A stretch of 64,000 bases of DNA from an uncultured Collinsella sp. GTDB lineage: Bacteria; Actinomycetota; Coriobacteriia; Coriobacteriales; Coriobacteriaceae. Within the stretch, counting starts at the first letter, position 1; each line of letters begins with the position of its first letter. The DNA lies in the NCBI GenBank assembly GCA_902479145.1, contig CABSNR010000002.1, positions 24,393 to 88,392 of the forward strand, given 5' to 3'. Made by a program: the position numbers and the translations under genes. Of the stretch, positions 10,504 through 20,676 are shown one piece after another. The notes beneath the pieces were generated by a model. It had not been told where the DNA came from and searched no databases. It worked only from the letters and a program-made list of their open reading frames with translations.

Positions 10504-11532
10504 CTAACCCCGTATGTCCCTAACAGTCGAGCGTTCGACCAGCGTACTCGGCACATGAATCGCCTCGATAGACGAGCTCTCTCCAATCGCCGCCTCAAAC
10601 GCAAGCTTACCGACACCGCGCAAATCAAATCGCAGCGTCGTCAGCCGATTGTGAGGAACAAGTCCCTCGAGTGCGTCGTCGATACCAACCACGCTCACGT
10701 CATCGGGCACGGACAGGCCCGCGTTCTCGAGCGCGGCGATAACGCCCAGCGCCATCTGGTCATTTGCCGCAAGCACGGCAGTCGGCGCCTGCGACCCGCC
10801 GGCAAGCACCTCGGCCGCAATCCGCTCGCCCATGGCGTACCCACTGTCCGCACTCCAATCGCCACGCAGCATCGGAGCGGCATCGACATGAGCACGACCC
10901 AGCGTATCGCGCCAACCGGCCTCACGAAAACGCGAGGAAATCGAGTTTTCCGGACCCGCCACAAACCGCATATTCGAGTGACCATGTTCCAGCAGATAAT
11001 TGGTCAACAGCTCGCACGAACCATACTGGTCGGAGTCGATCGTCGTGCAGCGCGGATGCGCATACATGGACAGGATGACCGTTCGCACTCCCGGCTGGGG
11101 AACAAACTCCTCAAAATCGGGAGCCATGCGGTTCATGTTGAGAATCATGCCGTCGACGGGTCGCTCGACCATGCGGCGCGAGGCATCGGCAAGTGCATAG
11201 GGCTTGTCGCCGCCCATCTCGATCATAGTGACGGCAAAATCGTGCTCGCGCGCCGCTTGCATGATACCCTCGAGCGTCGCCAGGTTACCGACACGTGTGA
11301 TGTTGTACATGCACAGGCCAATAGAACGATACGACCCGCCGCGCAACGCCGCTCCAGCAAAATTGGGACGAAAGCCCAGCTCTTCCATGGCGGCCAGCAC
11401 ACGCTTGCGCGTCTTTTCCGTCACGTTGGGCATACCGTTGACCACGCGAGACACAGTCTGGCGGCTCACGCCAGCGAGCGCCGCAACCTCTGCCGCGCTC
11501 GCCGAACGACCATTCCTTGTCTGCTGATCCAT
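10504..11532 (-). CDS. LacI-family transcriptional regulator (cassette 2)
   Basis: AAEVAALAGVSRQTVSRV HTH, FRPNFAGAAL, VPDDVSVVGIDD; start chosen at MDQQ. Confidence 0.92.
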   Translation of the reverse strand: MDQQTRNGRSASAAEVAALAGVSRQTVSRVVNGMPNVTEKTRKRVLAAMEELGFRPNFAGAALRGGSYRSIGLCMYNITRVGNLATLEGIMQAAREHDFAVTMIEMGGDKPYALADASRRMVERPVDGMILNMNRMAPDFEEFVPQPGVRTVILSMYAHPRCTTIDSDQYGSCELLTNYLLEHGHSNMRFVAGPENSISSRFREAGWRDTLGRAHVDAAPMLRGDWSADSGYAMGERIAAEVLAGGSQAPTAVLAANDQMALGVIAALENAGLSVPDDVSVVGIDDALEGLVPHNRLTTLRFDLRGVGKLAFEAAIGESSSIEAIHVPSTLVERSTVRDIRG

Positions 11533-11592
11533 GCCTTCCACGCTAACCTGCTTCCCAACTATTCCCCGCGCCCATGGCGCATCGTACATACA

Positions 11593-11763
11593 TTGATAAC
11601 GTGCTCATGATACCCGAGCCATATACCACAACATGAAAACTTCTGTCAATCAAAACCGCTTACCGAACAAATACAACCGTTCGCGGCTGTTTGAAGTTGT
11701 TTTGTTTCTATACATCCCAGCCGGATGTTAACGTGCTCATTGTCAAATGTTCACGTGCTCATT
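11593..11763. promoter_or_regulatory. LacI-type operators of cassette 2 plus 21-bp-spaced motif pair
   Basis: ACGTGCTCAT core three times (11593-11609, 11724-11741, 11746-11763); ACCGCTTACCG at 11655 and ACCGTTCGCGG at 11676. Confidence 0.7.
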
Positions 11764-11882
11764 TTGGTTCTAATCATTTTAAGATAGTGTTTATCGGGCT
11801 TTTTCACCGCTGAACGCTAACCAGGGAGCCTCCTGAGCGCAAACGCACAATATCGAACAGCGAGACGAGAGGGTGTATGCAT

Positions 11883-13325
11883 ATGTCTTTGCTAAACCGC
11901 GTACAGCAGCTGCCGAAGGGCTTTGTTTGGGGCGCCGCAACCGCCGCGTACCAAACGGAAGGTTCCACGAAGGTGGCAGGCAAGGGTAAGACCATGTGGG
12001 ACGATTACCTTGTCGCCCAGGGTCGCTTTTTGCCCGACCCGGCCAGTGATTTCTACAACCGCTACGAGGAGGATATCCGCCTTTCTGCCGAGCATGGACT
12101 CAACGCCATTCGTGTGTCCATCGCCTGGACCCGCATCTTCCCCAACGGCGACGATGCCGAACCCCTCGCCGAGGGCGTTAAGCACTACCACGAGCTGTTC
12201 GCCTGCTGCAAAAAGTATGGCGTCGAGCCCTATGTGTCCCTGCATCACTTTGACTCCCCCGCCGCCCTGTTCAACCAGGGCGACTGGCTCAACCGCAAGA
12301 CCGTCGACGCCTATGTGCGCTATGCCGAGTTCTGCTTCCGCGAGTTCCGCGAGGTCAAGAATTGGTTCACCATCAACGAGCTCATCAGCCTCTCGCACTC
12401 CCAATACATCCAAGGCAACTTCCCGCCCAACCATCACTTTGATGTGACGAGCGGCATCCAGAGCCAGCACAACGAGCTCGTTGCCCACGCCCGCGCCGTC
12501 AACCTGTATAAGGATCTTGACGAGACCGAGCACCTGGGCGGACGCATTGGCATGGTCAACGTCCTGACGCCGGCATATCCTGCTACCGACTCGCCCGCCG
12601 ACCAGCACGCCGCCGACCTGTACAACGCCTTCTACACCGACTTCATCATGGACGGCGCCTTCCTGGGTCACTACTCCGCGCGCACCCTCTCACTCATCAA
12701 CGAGATTCTGCGTGCCAACAACGCCACACTTACGGTTGAGGACAGCGACATGGAGGAGCTCGCCAAGGCGGCGCCCCGCAACGATATGTTCGGCCTCAAC
12801 TACTATCAGTCGGCGTTTATCGCCGCCTACGATGGCGAGTCCACCAACAGCTTTAACGGCACCGGAGACAAGGGCACCTCGTGCTTTAAGTTTAAGGGCG
12901 TCGGGCAGCAGGTCGATATGCCGGGTATCCCCACCACCGACTGGGATTGGCTCATCTACCCGCAAGGCCTCTACGACACGCTCAAGCACATCAGCGCCAC
13001 CTATCCCAACCTCCCCGTCATCTATATCACCGAAAACGGCCTGGGCCACAAGGACCCCGAGCCCGATGCGCTCGGCATCGTCGCCGATCCCGAGCGCATC
13101 GACTTTGTCGACCAGCACATGGAGAAGGTGCTCCAGGCGCGTGCCGAGGGCGTCGACGTCCAGGGCTACTTTATCTGGAGCCTGCAGGACCAGTTCTCGT
13201 GGGCCAATGGCTATAACAAGCGCTACGGCCTGTTCTACATCGACTTCGACACGCAAAAACGCTACATCAAGCAGTCGGCACTCTGGTACAAGGAGCTCGC
13301 CGACACTATGGCGGACGCGCAGTAG
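11883..13325 (+). CDS. lacG: 6-phospho-beta-galactosidase, GH1 (cassette 2)
   Basis: WGAATAAYQTEG, TINE, ITENG, WSLQDQFSWANGY; alternative start at 11877. Confidence 0.9.
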   Translation: MSLLNRVQQLPKGFVWGAATAAYQTEGSTKVAGKGKTMWDDYLVAQGRFLPDPASDFYNRYEEDIRLSAEHGLNAIRVSIAWTRIFPNGDDAEPLAEGVKHYHELFACCKKYGVEPYVSLHHFDSPAALFNQGDWLNRKTVDAYVRYAEFCFREFREVKNWFTINELISLSHSQYIQGNFPPNHHFDVTSGIQSQHNELVAHARAVNLYKDLDETEHLGGRIGMVNVLTPAYPATDSPADQHAADLYNAFYTDFIMDGAFLGHYSARTLSLINEILRANNATLTVEDSDMEELAKAAPRNDMFGLNYYQSAFIAAYDGESTNSFNGTGDKGTSCFKFKGVGQQVDMPGIPTTDWDWLIYPQGLYDTLKHISATYPNLPVIYITENGLGHKDPEPDALGIVADPERIDFVDQHMEKVLQARAEGVDVQGYFIWSLQDQFSWANGYNKRYGLFYIDFDTQKRYIKQSALWYKELADTMADAQ

Positions 13326-13500
13326 CGCATCGCCTCGCTTTCCCCCGAGGGGGAGCGGCCCCATGCGATACAAACCCAGCCGCTCCCCTCTCTCCCCCTG
13401 GGACCGACCCCGCCTGCACCCGGGCTTTTAGCAAGCGGGAGACCATATAGGTTTTCAACGTCCATGCCATTAAGATTTCATGCAAAGAGGAGCGTGAACT

Positions 13501-15261
13501 ATGGAATCGATCGTTAAGTTCTTGGAGAAAGGTCAGCCGTACTTCGACAAGGTCTCTAAGAACATCTACCTTCAGGCCATTAAAGACGGCTTTTTGGCAG
13601 CAATGCCCATCATCCTGTCTTCTTCTGTCTTCCTGCTTATTTCAACCCTGCCGGGCGTTGTCGCCACGGTCGGCGGCTTTACGCTGCCCGACTGGTGGAA
13701 CGTCGACGTCGTGAACTTCTGCAACAAGGTTTACAACTTCACGATGGGCGTCGTGGGCATCATGGTCGCCGGCACCACCGCAAGCGCGCTGACCGGCTCC
13801 AAGAACCGCCGCATGCCTGCCGGCAAGGCCATCAACGCCACGAGCACCATGGTCGCCGCCATGTGCGCTATGCTCATCTTGGCCGTTACCCAGACGAGTG
13901 CCAAGATCGACGGCGCCGATGTCTCGGTGTTCTTTACCGACAACATGGGCACCAAGGGCCTGCTGAGCTCCTTTGTCGCCGCATTTGCCACGGTCAACAT
14001 CTATGCCTTCTGCATTAAGCGAGACATCACCATCAAGCTGCCCAAAGAAGTCCCCGGCGCCATCGCCCAGAACTTCCGCGACATCTTCGCCTTCAGCTTC
14101 TCCATCCTGTTTGTCGCCGTCATCGACGTTATCTGCCGCACCTGCTTGGCCGTCCCGTTTGCCAACGTCATCTCCACGCTGGTGAGCCCGCTGTTCGCCG
14201 CTGCCGATTCCTACGCCGGCCTCGCCCTCATCTGGTTCATGATCCCGCTGTTCTGGTTCATGGGCATCCACGGCCCCTCGGTCGTTAAGCCTGCCCTCAA
14301 CGCCGCGCTGTTTGGCAACATCACCACCAACCTCGCCACGCTGCAGGCCGGCGGTCACCCCGCCCTCGCCCTGACCGAGAACTTCGGTAACTACATCGGC
14401 GAACTCGGCGGCACCGGCGCCACGTTCATTGTCCCGATCATCTTCCTGCTCTTTATGCGCTCCAAGCAGCTCAAGGCCGTCGGCAAAGCCTCTGTCGTAC
14501 CCGTGATGTTCGCCGTCAACGAGCCGCTGCTGTTCGCCGCGCCCATCATCCTCAACCCGTACTTCCTGATCCCGTTCCTGTTTGCCCCCGTGGCCAACGT
14601 CCTCATTGGTAAGTTCTTCATCGACTTTTTGGGCATGAACGGCTTTATCTATGCCATGCCGTGGGCACTCCCCGGACCGATCGGCACCTTCATCGACACC
14701 AACTTCCAGCCGATCTCTCTGGTCCTGGTTGTCGTCCTGCTGGTCGTTGACTTCTTGATCTACTACCCGTTCTGCAAGGCCTACGACAACGTCCTGTGCA
14801 AGCAGGAGGCCGAGACCCTGGCCGAAGAAGAGGCCGAGGAGACCAAGGCCGTCAAGACCGCTGCCGCCCCCGCCGTTGAGGCTCCTGTTGTCGAGACCGC
14901 TTCTGCCACCGAGGCCTCCGCAGCTCCGTCCGCCCTTAAGGGCAAGGATCTGAGGGTTCTGGTTCTGTGCGCTGGCGCCGGCACCTCTGCACTGCTCGCC
15001 AACGCGCTTAAGGAAGGCGCCGACGAGCTGGGCATCGACATTACCGCCAACGCCGGTGCCTACGGCAGCCACTACGCCATCATGGACCAGTACAACGTCA
15101 TCGTCCTGGCTCCGCAGGTTCGCACCTATTACAACGAGATGAAGGCCGACACCGACCGCCTGGGCATCACGCTGCTGTCGCCCAAGGGCAAACAGTACAT
15201 CGACCTCACTAAGGATCCCAAGGGTGCCGTCGCCTGGATCGAGGAAAACCTCGAGGCATAA
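13501..15261 (+). CDS. lacE: PTS lactose-family EIICB (cassette 2)
   Basis: NIYLQAIKDGF, FWFMGIHGPS, VNEPLLF, VLCAGAGTS. Confidence 0.92.
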   Translation: MESIVKFLEKGQPYFDKVSKNIYLQAIKDGFLAAMPIILSSSVFLLISTLPGVVATVGGFTLPDWWNVDVVNFCNKVYNFTMGVVGIMVAGTTASALTGSKNRRMPAGKAINATSTMVAAMCAMLILAVTQTSAKIDGADVSVFFTDNMGTKGLLSSFVAAFATVNIYAFCIKRDITIKLPKEVPGAIAQNFRDIFAFSFSILFVAVIDVICRTCLAVPFANVISTLVSPLFAAADSYAGLALIWFMIPLFWFMGIHGPSVVKPALNAALFGNITTNLATLQAGGHPALALTENFGNYIGELGGTGATFIVPIIFLLFMRSKQLKAVGKASVVPVMFAVNEPLLFAAPIILNPYFLIPFLFAPVANVLIGKFFIDFLGMNGFIYAMPWALPGPIGTFIDTNFQPISLVLVVVLLVVDFLIYYPFCKAYDNVLCKQEAETLAEEEAEETKAVKTAAAPAVEAPVVETASATEASAAPSALKGKDLRVLVLCAGAGTSALLANALKEGADELGIDITANAGAYGSHYAIMDQYNVIVLAPQVRTYYNEMKADTDRLGITLLSPKGKQYIDLTKDPKGAVAWIEENLEA

Positions 15262-15293
15262 GACGCTGACACCACCTGCCGCTCGCAGACAAT

Positions 15294-15333
15294 AAATGGC
15301 CCGTGCATCGATGTGTGATGCGCGGGCCATTTT
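15294..15333 (+). terminator. intrinsic terminator after lacE2
   Basis: AAATGGCCCGTGCATC...GATGCGCGGGCCATTTT. Confidence 0.75.
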
Positions 15334-15353
15334 GTTTAGACCGCACCCGTCCT

Positions 15354-15585
15354 CCTGTTCATCTCAATCTGTAACATCTAGCCGAGTTTTTCGGTCCAAG
15401 CTGTTACAGATTTAGACGAACGGGCGGCCCGGGCCGAACAATCTCGATTTGTAACATGTAGACCACTTTTGACCGTCTAGTTGTTACAGATCGAGACAAA
15501 CGGAATAAGCTGGACCGAATTGTCTAAATCTGTAACATCTAGCTGAGATTTTCGGCCCTACCTATTACAGATTTAGACGAACAGG
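15354..15585. repeat. palindrome array TGTAACA-N25-TGTTACA, 3 units (alpha, beta, alpha)
   Basis: TGTAACA at 15370, 15450 and 15531; TGTTACA at 15402 and 15482, TATTACA at 15563. Confidence 0.92.
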
Positions 15586-15595
15586 CCGAGCACGT

Positions 15596-16597
15596 CTACG
15601 CCCGCAGGTCCTTTACGCTGGAACGCTCGACCAACACGCCCGACACAAGCGTGCGGCTTCTGGAGCTCGGGGCTTCTAGGCCCGCGACGACCTCGTTGAG
15701 CGCACGGACGCCCAGCTCGCGGTGGCGAAACTTCACCGACGTCAGAATCGAGTTGGGAATCGTCTTGTAGAGCTCATCGTCGAAGCCGATCACGGACACG
15801 TCGTCGGGCACACTGAGCCCTTTGTCACGTAAAGCCATCATCACGCCGTTTGCCATGCAGTCGTTAGCCGCGAGGACCGCCGTGCAATCGGGTTTATCGG
15901 CAAGCACAAGGCCCGCAGCATAGCCACTATCCGCATTCCAATCGCCTTGCAGAGGCTCGGGCGGCTCAATGCCACGCGCCTCGAGTGCCGCACGCCAACC
16001 TTTCATGCGACACTGGCTCGACAGCGCCTCTTTCTTACCAGAGACGAAGTACACATTCTTGTGTCCGCGATTCAAGAAGTACTCGCACGCCATGCGCGCG
16101 CCACCCTCTTGATCGTCACTAACGGTAGAGCAGGCAGGATGCTCCATCGGCGTGATAATCACCGTCTTGAGGTCCTTCGGTGCCTCAAAGGTATCAAAGT
16201 CATCGACCATCTGACGCAGGTTGAAGATCATGCCATCAACAGGCAGCTGCGACATCCTGCGCGCCGCTTCGGCAAGGGTCATCTTCTCCCCCGCGCGCTT
16301 CTTAATCATCGTGAGCGCAAAGCCTCGCTCTGCGGCGGCATCGGCGATACCGTCAATCATGTCCACGGCACCGCCCGACAAGTGGAACAGCACCACGCCG
16401 ATGCACCCGTAACGGCCCAACTTGAGTGAACGCGCGGCAAAGTTCGCCCGGAACCCAAGCGCTTCCATGGCAGCATGGACCCTATCGCGTGTCGACTCTC
16501 GCACGCTATCGGGCTCGTTGATCACACGCGACACCGTCTTGAGAGAAACACCCGCGGCAATCGCCACATCGTTCATTGAGACATTTTTCTTGTCCAT
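15596..16597 (-). CDS. LacI-family transcriptional regulator (cassette 3)
   Basis: SMNDVAIAAGVSLKTVSRV HTH, FRANFAARSL, VPDDVSVIGFDD. Confidence 0.92.
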   Translation of the reverse strand: MDKKNVSMNDVAIAAGVSLKTVSRVINEPDSVRESTRDRVHAAMEALGFRANFAARSLKLGRYGCIGVVLFHLSGGAVDMIDGIADAAAERGFALTMIKKRAGEKMTLAEAARRMSQLPVDGMIFNLRQMVDDFDTFEAPKDLKTVIITPMEHPACSTVSDDQEGGARMACEYFLNRGHKNVYFVSGKKEALSSQCRMKGWRAALEARGIEPPEPLQGDWNADSGYAAGLVLADKPDCTAVLAANDCMANGVMMALRDKGLSVPDDVSVIGFDDELYKTIPNSILTSVKFRHRELGVRALNEVVAGLEAPSSRSRTLVSGVLVERSSVKDLRA

Positions 16598-16679
16598 CGT
16601 TGCCACTACTTCTCCAGTCGGTTTTGCATCGCTTGTTTTTTGCGTTCTAGCATACACTACCTGCCCGACTGACAAATCA

Positions 16680-16778
16680 ACCGTTTACCGGACAATATCG
16701 ACCGCTCACCCGTAAATCCTTGTTGCTCTTCCAAAAATGTCTTACGTTGTCATTAACGAAATGACAACGTTGTCATTT
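16680..16778. promoter_or_regulatory. cassette 3 operators plus 21-bp-spaced motif pair
   Basis: Perfect palindrome AAATGACAACGTTGTCATTT (16759-16778), imperfect copy at 16736-16754; ACCGTTTACCG at 16680 and ACCGCTCACCC at 16701. Confidence 0.78.
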
Positions 16779-16881
16779 CGCAATGCCTTCCTTAAGCAGG
16801 AAGGTTTCCGGGCAGTCCTGACCATCCATCGACGACCAGTTCCATCCACATGCATCGCGCATCAAGTAGCAAAGGAGCTCT

Positions 16882-18660
16882 ATGGACGCCATCGTAAAGA
16901 TGCTCTAAAAGCATCAACCGTTCTTCGAGAAGATCTCGAGAAACATCTACCTCCAGGCCATCAAAGACGGATTCCTTGGGTGCATGCCCATCGTCCTTAC
17001 CTCTTCGATCTTTCTGCTGATCGCCACCCTTCCCGGCGTAGTTGGCATCACGTTGCCCCAGCCGCTCATCGACTGGTGCAACAAGCTGTACAACTTCACC
17101 ATGGGCGTCATGGGCATCATGGTTGCCGGCACCACCGCCAAGAACTTCACGGCTTCCATGAACCGTCGCATGCCCGCCGGCAAGGTGCTCAACGACGGCT
17201 CCACCATGGTGGCCGCCCAGTGCAGCATGCTGCTGCTCGCTGTTACGCAGTTCACCACCAAGTTCAACGGCTCCGAACTTTCGGTCTTCGATTGCACCAG
17301 CATGGGCACGCGCGGTCTGTTCTCGGCCTATATCGCCGCGTTCATTACCGTGTGGGTCTACAAATTCTGCGTCTCGCGCGATCTGACCATTAAGCTGCCC
17401 AAGGAGGTCCCGGGCGCCATCGCTCAGAACTTCCGCGACATCATCCCCTTTGGCGGCGCCGTCATCATCTGCGGCATCATCGATGTCGTCGTGCGCAACC
17501 TCATGGGCGTTCCGTTCTCCGAGCTGCTCATCAAGCTGCTCTCCCCGCTCTTCACTGCGGCAGAGACCTACCCCGGACTCATCCTTATTCAGGCAGCCAC
17601 CGCGTTCTTCTGGTTCATCGGCGTCCACGGCCCCTCGATCGTCCAGCCGGGCATCGACCCCATCCGTCTTGCCAACCAGGCCGAGAACCTGCAGGTTCTG
17701 CTGGCCGGTGGCCACCCCGCCCACTCCCTCACCTTTAACATGTCGCTCGTGGGTGAGTTCGGCGGCACCGGCGCCACGTTCATCGTGCCGCTTCTGCTGA
17801 TTCTCTTTATGAAGTCCAAGCAGCTCAAAGCCGTCGGCAAGGCCTCGATTGTTCCTGTTGCCTTCGCCGTCAACGAACCGCTGCTCTTTGGCGCGCCGAT
17901 GATCCTTAACCCCTACATGCTCATCCCCTTTGTTGCCGCCGGCTGCGTCAACGTAAGCGTTGCCAAGTTCTTTATCGACAATGTTGGCATGAACGGCTTC
18001 TCCTTCGTGGTGCCTTGGGCTACCCCTGCCCCCATCGGCATCTTCATCACCACAAACTTCCAGCTTATCGCCCTGGTGTTTGTCGCAATCATTATCTTGC
18101 TGGACGCCATCATCTACCTGCCGTTCTTGAAGGCATACGATAAGCTGCTCTGCGACCAGGAGGCCGAACGCGCCGCCGAGCTGGGTCTCGACTCCGATGG
18201 TGCTGCCACCATCGCCGCCAGCACCTCTGCGCCCGCTGTCGAGCAGGCCACCGCTGCCGTCGAGCCGACCGCCACTGCCGCTGACAGCAAGCCTGTCGCC
18301 GATCAGCCCGAGCCCGCTGCCGATGCATCCGCTAAGAAGGATGTCGACGGTCTGAAGGTCCTCGTCCTGTGCGCCGGCGCCGGCACCTCTGCCATGCTTG
18401 CCAACGCCATCAAGGAAGGTGCCGCGCAGACCGGAGAGAACATCGCTTCCTCCGCAGGCGCCTATGGCCAGCACACTGCCATCATGGATCAGTACGACGT
18501 TATCGTGCTTGCCCCGCAGGTCCGTAGCTACTACAACGACATGAAGGCCGACACCGATCGCCTGGGCATTAAGCTGCTCGCCCCGCGCGGTAAGGAATAT
18601 ATCGACCTTACTCGCGACCCCGCTGGCGCCATCAAGTGGCTCCGCGAGAACCTCGACTAG
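16882..18660 (+). pseudogene. lacE: PTS lactose-family EIICB (cassette 3) with in-frame TAA at codon 9
   Basis: AAGGAG RBS then MDAIVKML*KHQPFFEKISRNIYLQAIKDGF, in frame with the 16984-18660 ORF; the paralogs have Glu where the TAA lies (16906-16908). Confidence 0.85.
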
Positions 18661-18736
18661 GTTCCTCCCTCTGTTGGTGCCCGGATCCCCAGTTCGGGCA
18701 CCTCTCCCTATTCGAATCCCACAGAAAGGATGACTC

Positions 18737-20158
18737 ATGACCAACCCCATGCAGTTCCCCGACGGCTTTGTGTTTGGCGGCGCCACCGCCGCATACCAGG
18801 TTGAGGGCGAGACCCGCACGCACGGCAAGGGCAAAGTGCCCTGGGACGATTTCCTGGCAGCTCAGGGTCGCTTCTCCCCCGATCCCGCAAGCGATTTCTA
18901 CAACAAGTACCCGGTCGATATCGACCTGTGCCAGCGCTTCGGCATCAACGGTATCCGCGTCTCCATCGCTTGGAGCCGCATCTTCCCCAACGGCACTGGC
19001 GAGATCAACCACGAGGGTGTCGCCTTCTATCATGAGCTTTTCGCCACCTGCAACAAAGCCGGCGTTATCCCCTATGTCACGCTCGATCACTTTGATACGC
19101 CCGAGGCCTTTTACCAGGACGGCGGCGAGGGCTTCCTGACGCGCACGACGATCGACGCCTTTGTCGAGTACGCCAAGTTCTGCTTTGCCGAGTTCACCGA
19201 GGTCAAGCACTGGTTCACGTTTAACGAGATTCCCGCAACCGCCGAGGGCAGCTTTATCGTCGGCAACTGGCCGCACGGCGAGAAGTATCGCCTGGACAAG
19301 GCCTTCCAGCTCATGCACAACATGATGGTGGCCCACGCCAAGGCCGTCGTCGCCTTCCATGAGGGCGGCTTTGAGGGTGAGATCGGCATTGTCCAGAACC
19401 TGGAGCCCAAGTATCCCCTCGATCCCAACAACGCCGCCGACTGCGAGGCAGCTCGCATGGCCGACGTCATCAACAACCGCTGGGTACTCGACGCCACCTT
19501 CCGCGGCCACTATGCAGCCGACACCATGGAGGCTGCGACCAAGCTGGCCCATATCGCCGGCGGCGAGCTCGACGTCCGCGACGAGGACATCGCCGCGCTG
19601 ACCGCCGCGCTCCCCTACAACGATTGCCTGGGCGTCAACACCTACAAGTGCCAGTTCCTGCGTGCCGCCGAGGGCGAAAACGACATCAACCACAATGGCA
19701 CCGGCGACAAGGGCTCCTCGCGCTGGTTCCTCAAGGGCGTGGGCGAGTCATGCGTGCGCGAAGGCGTACCCACCACCGATTGGGACTGGATTATCTATCC
19801 CGAGGGTCTCTACGACCTGCTGCTGCGCATTAAGAACGATTACCCCAACTACAAGAAGATCTACATCACCGAGAACGGCATGGGCTATAAGGACGACTTT
19901 GAGGACGGCTTTATCGACGACGCCCCTCGCATCGACTACATGCGTCAGCATCTCGCGTGGATCCTCAAGGCGATTGACGGCGGCGTGAACGTCGACGGCT
20001 ACTTTGTGTGGTCGCTGCAGGACCAGTTCTCCTGGACCAACGGCTATAACAAGCGCTATGGCCTGTTCTACATCGACTTTGAGACCCAGAAGCGCTATCC
20101 CAAGGCGAGCGCGTACTGGTACAAGAACGTCGCAGAGACCGGCCTGCTCATGGCCTAG
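18737..20158 (+). CDS. lacG: 6-phospho-beta-galactosidase, GH1 (cassette 3)
   Basis: FVFGGATAAYQVEG, TFNE, ITENG, WSLQDQFSWTNGY. Confidence 0.92.
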   Translation: MTNPMQFPDGFVFGGATAAYQVEGETRTHGKGKVPWDDFLAAQGRFSPDPASDFYNKYPVDIDLCQRFGINGIRVSIAWSRIFPNGTGEINHEGVAFYHELFATCNKAGVIPYVTLDHFDTPEAFYQDGGEGFLTRTTIDAFVEYAKFCFAEFTEVKHWFTFNEIPATAEGSFIVGNWPHGEKYRLDKAFQLMHNMMVAHAKAVVAFHEGGFEGEIGIVQNLEPKYPLDPNNAADCEAARMADVINNRWVLDATFRGHYAADTMEAATKLAHIAGGELDVRDEDIAALTAALPYNDCLGVNTYKCQFLRAAEGENDINHNGTGDKGSSRWFLKGVGESCVREGVPTTDWDWIIYPEGLYDLLLRIKNDYPNYKKIYITENGMGYKDDFEDGFIDDAPRIDYMRQHLAWILKAIDGGVNVDGYFVWSLQDQFSWTNGYNKRYGLFYIDFETQKRYPKASAYWYKNVAETGLLMA

Positions 20159-20180
20159 TTTCCGCCGCATACCCCCTGTC

Positions 20181-20223
20181 GGCCGCATACGAATCCCTCC
20201 ACGGGTTCGCATGCGGCCTTTTT
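20181..20223 (+). terminator. intrinsic terminator after lacG3
   Basis: GGCCGCATACGAA...TTCGCATGCGGCC followed by TTTTT. Confidence 0.8.
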
Positions 20224-20245
20224 GTTTTGGTTCGGCCCGTGCAGG

Positions 20246-20390
20246 CCGTTTGTCTCGATCTGTAACATCTAGCCGAGTATTTCGGACCTAGTTGTTACAA
20301 ATCGAGACAAACAGAACGCCCGAGCAGAAATATCTAAATCTGTAACACGTAGCCCACTTTCGACCGTCTACCTGTTACAGATCAAGACAA
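20246..20390. repeat. palindrome array TGTAACA-N25-TGTTACA, 2 units (alpha, beta)
   Basis: TGTAACA at 20261 and 20341; TGTTACA at 20293 and 20373. Confidence 0.92.
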
Positions 20391-20441
20391 TAAGATAGTC
20401 GAATCCGAACTTTCCAAGCAGTTATGAAGCACGGTTTCTAG

Positions 20442-20676
20442 TTTTCAGTATCACGAACATACTTTCGGTATCATTTGATACCGATATGATACCGAAAACA
20501 TATTCGGTCCCGCTGGAGGACTTCGTACGCTACCCAACCAAGTTGCAGGTTCACGAACTCCGTCGATCTTCCGAGCGCCCACGAATTCCTATTTGCGCGT
20601 CAAATCGCATCTCGTTGACACGTAAAATGACGCGCAAAATGGCGTTTTAACTTTTATGTGTCATTCTGCACGTCAA
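20442..20676. repeat. two further inverted-repeat elements (TGATACCG type and TGACGCGC type)
   Basis: TTTCGGTATCAT/ATGATACCGAAA (20463-20474/20486-20497); TTTGCGCGTCA/TGACGCGCAAA (20592-20602/20628-20638); decayed 25-bp IR at 20615-20639/20652-20676. Confidence 0.65.

Noticed and set aside
16882..16910. Programmed readthrough or recoding at the lacE3 stop
   Set aside because: TAA is not a Sec/Pyl codon and no recoding signal is visible; a point mutation or sequencing error is simpler.
19081..19095. TLDHFD in lacG3 versus TLHHFD as an inactivating change
   Set aside because: The substrate-binding His directly before Phe and both catalytic Glu residues are retained; the changed position is variable in GH1.
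10346..20390. TGTAACA arrays as CRISPR arrays
   Set aside because: The inner sequences recur as two fixed types rather than unique spacers, arrays have only 2-3 units, and no cas genes are present.
10346..20390. TGTAACA units as integron attC sites
   Set aside because: They occur as tandem multimers after terminators, flank multi-gene divergent units, and no integrase is in the window; the resemblance is only superficial.
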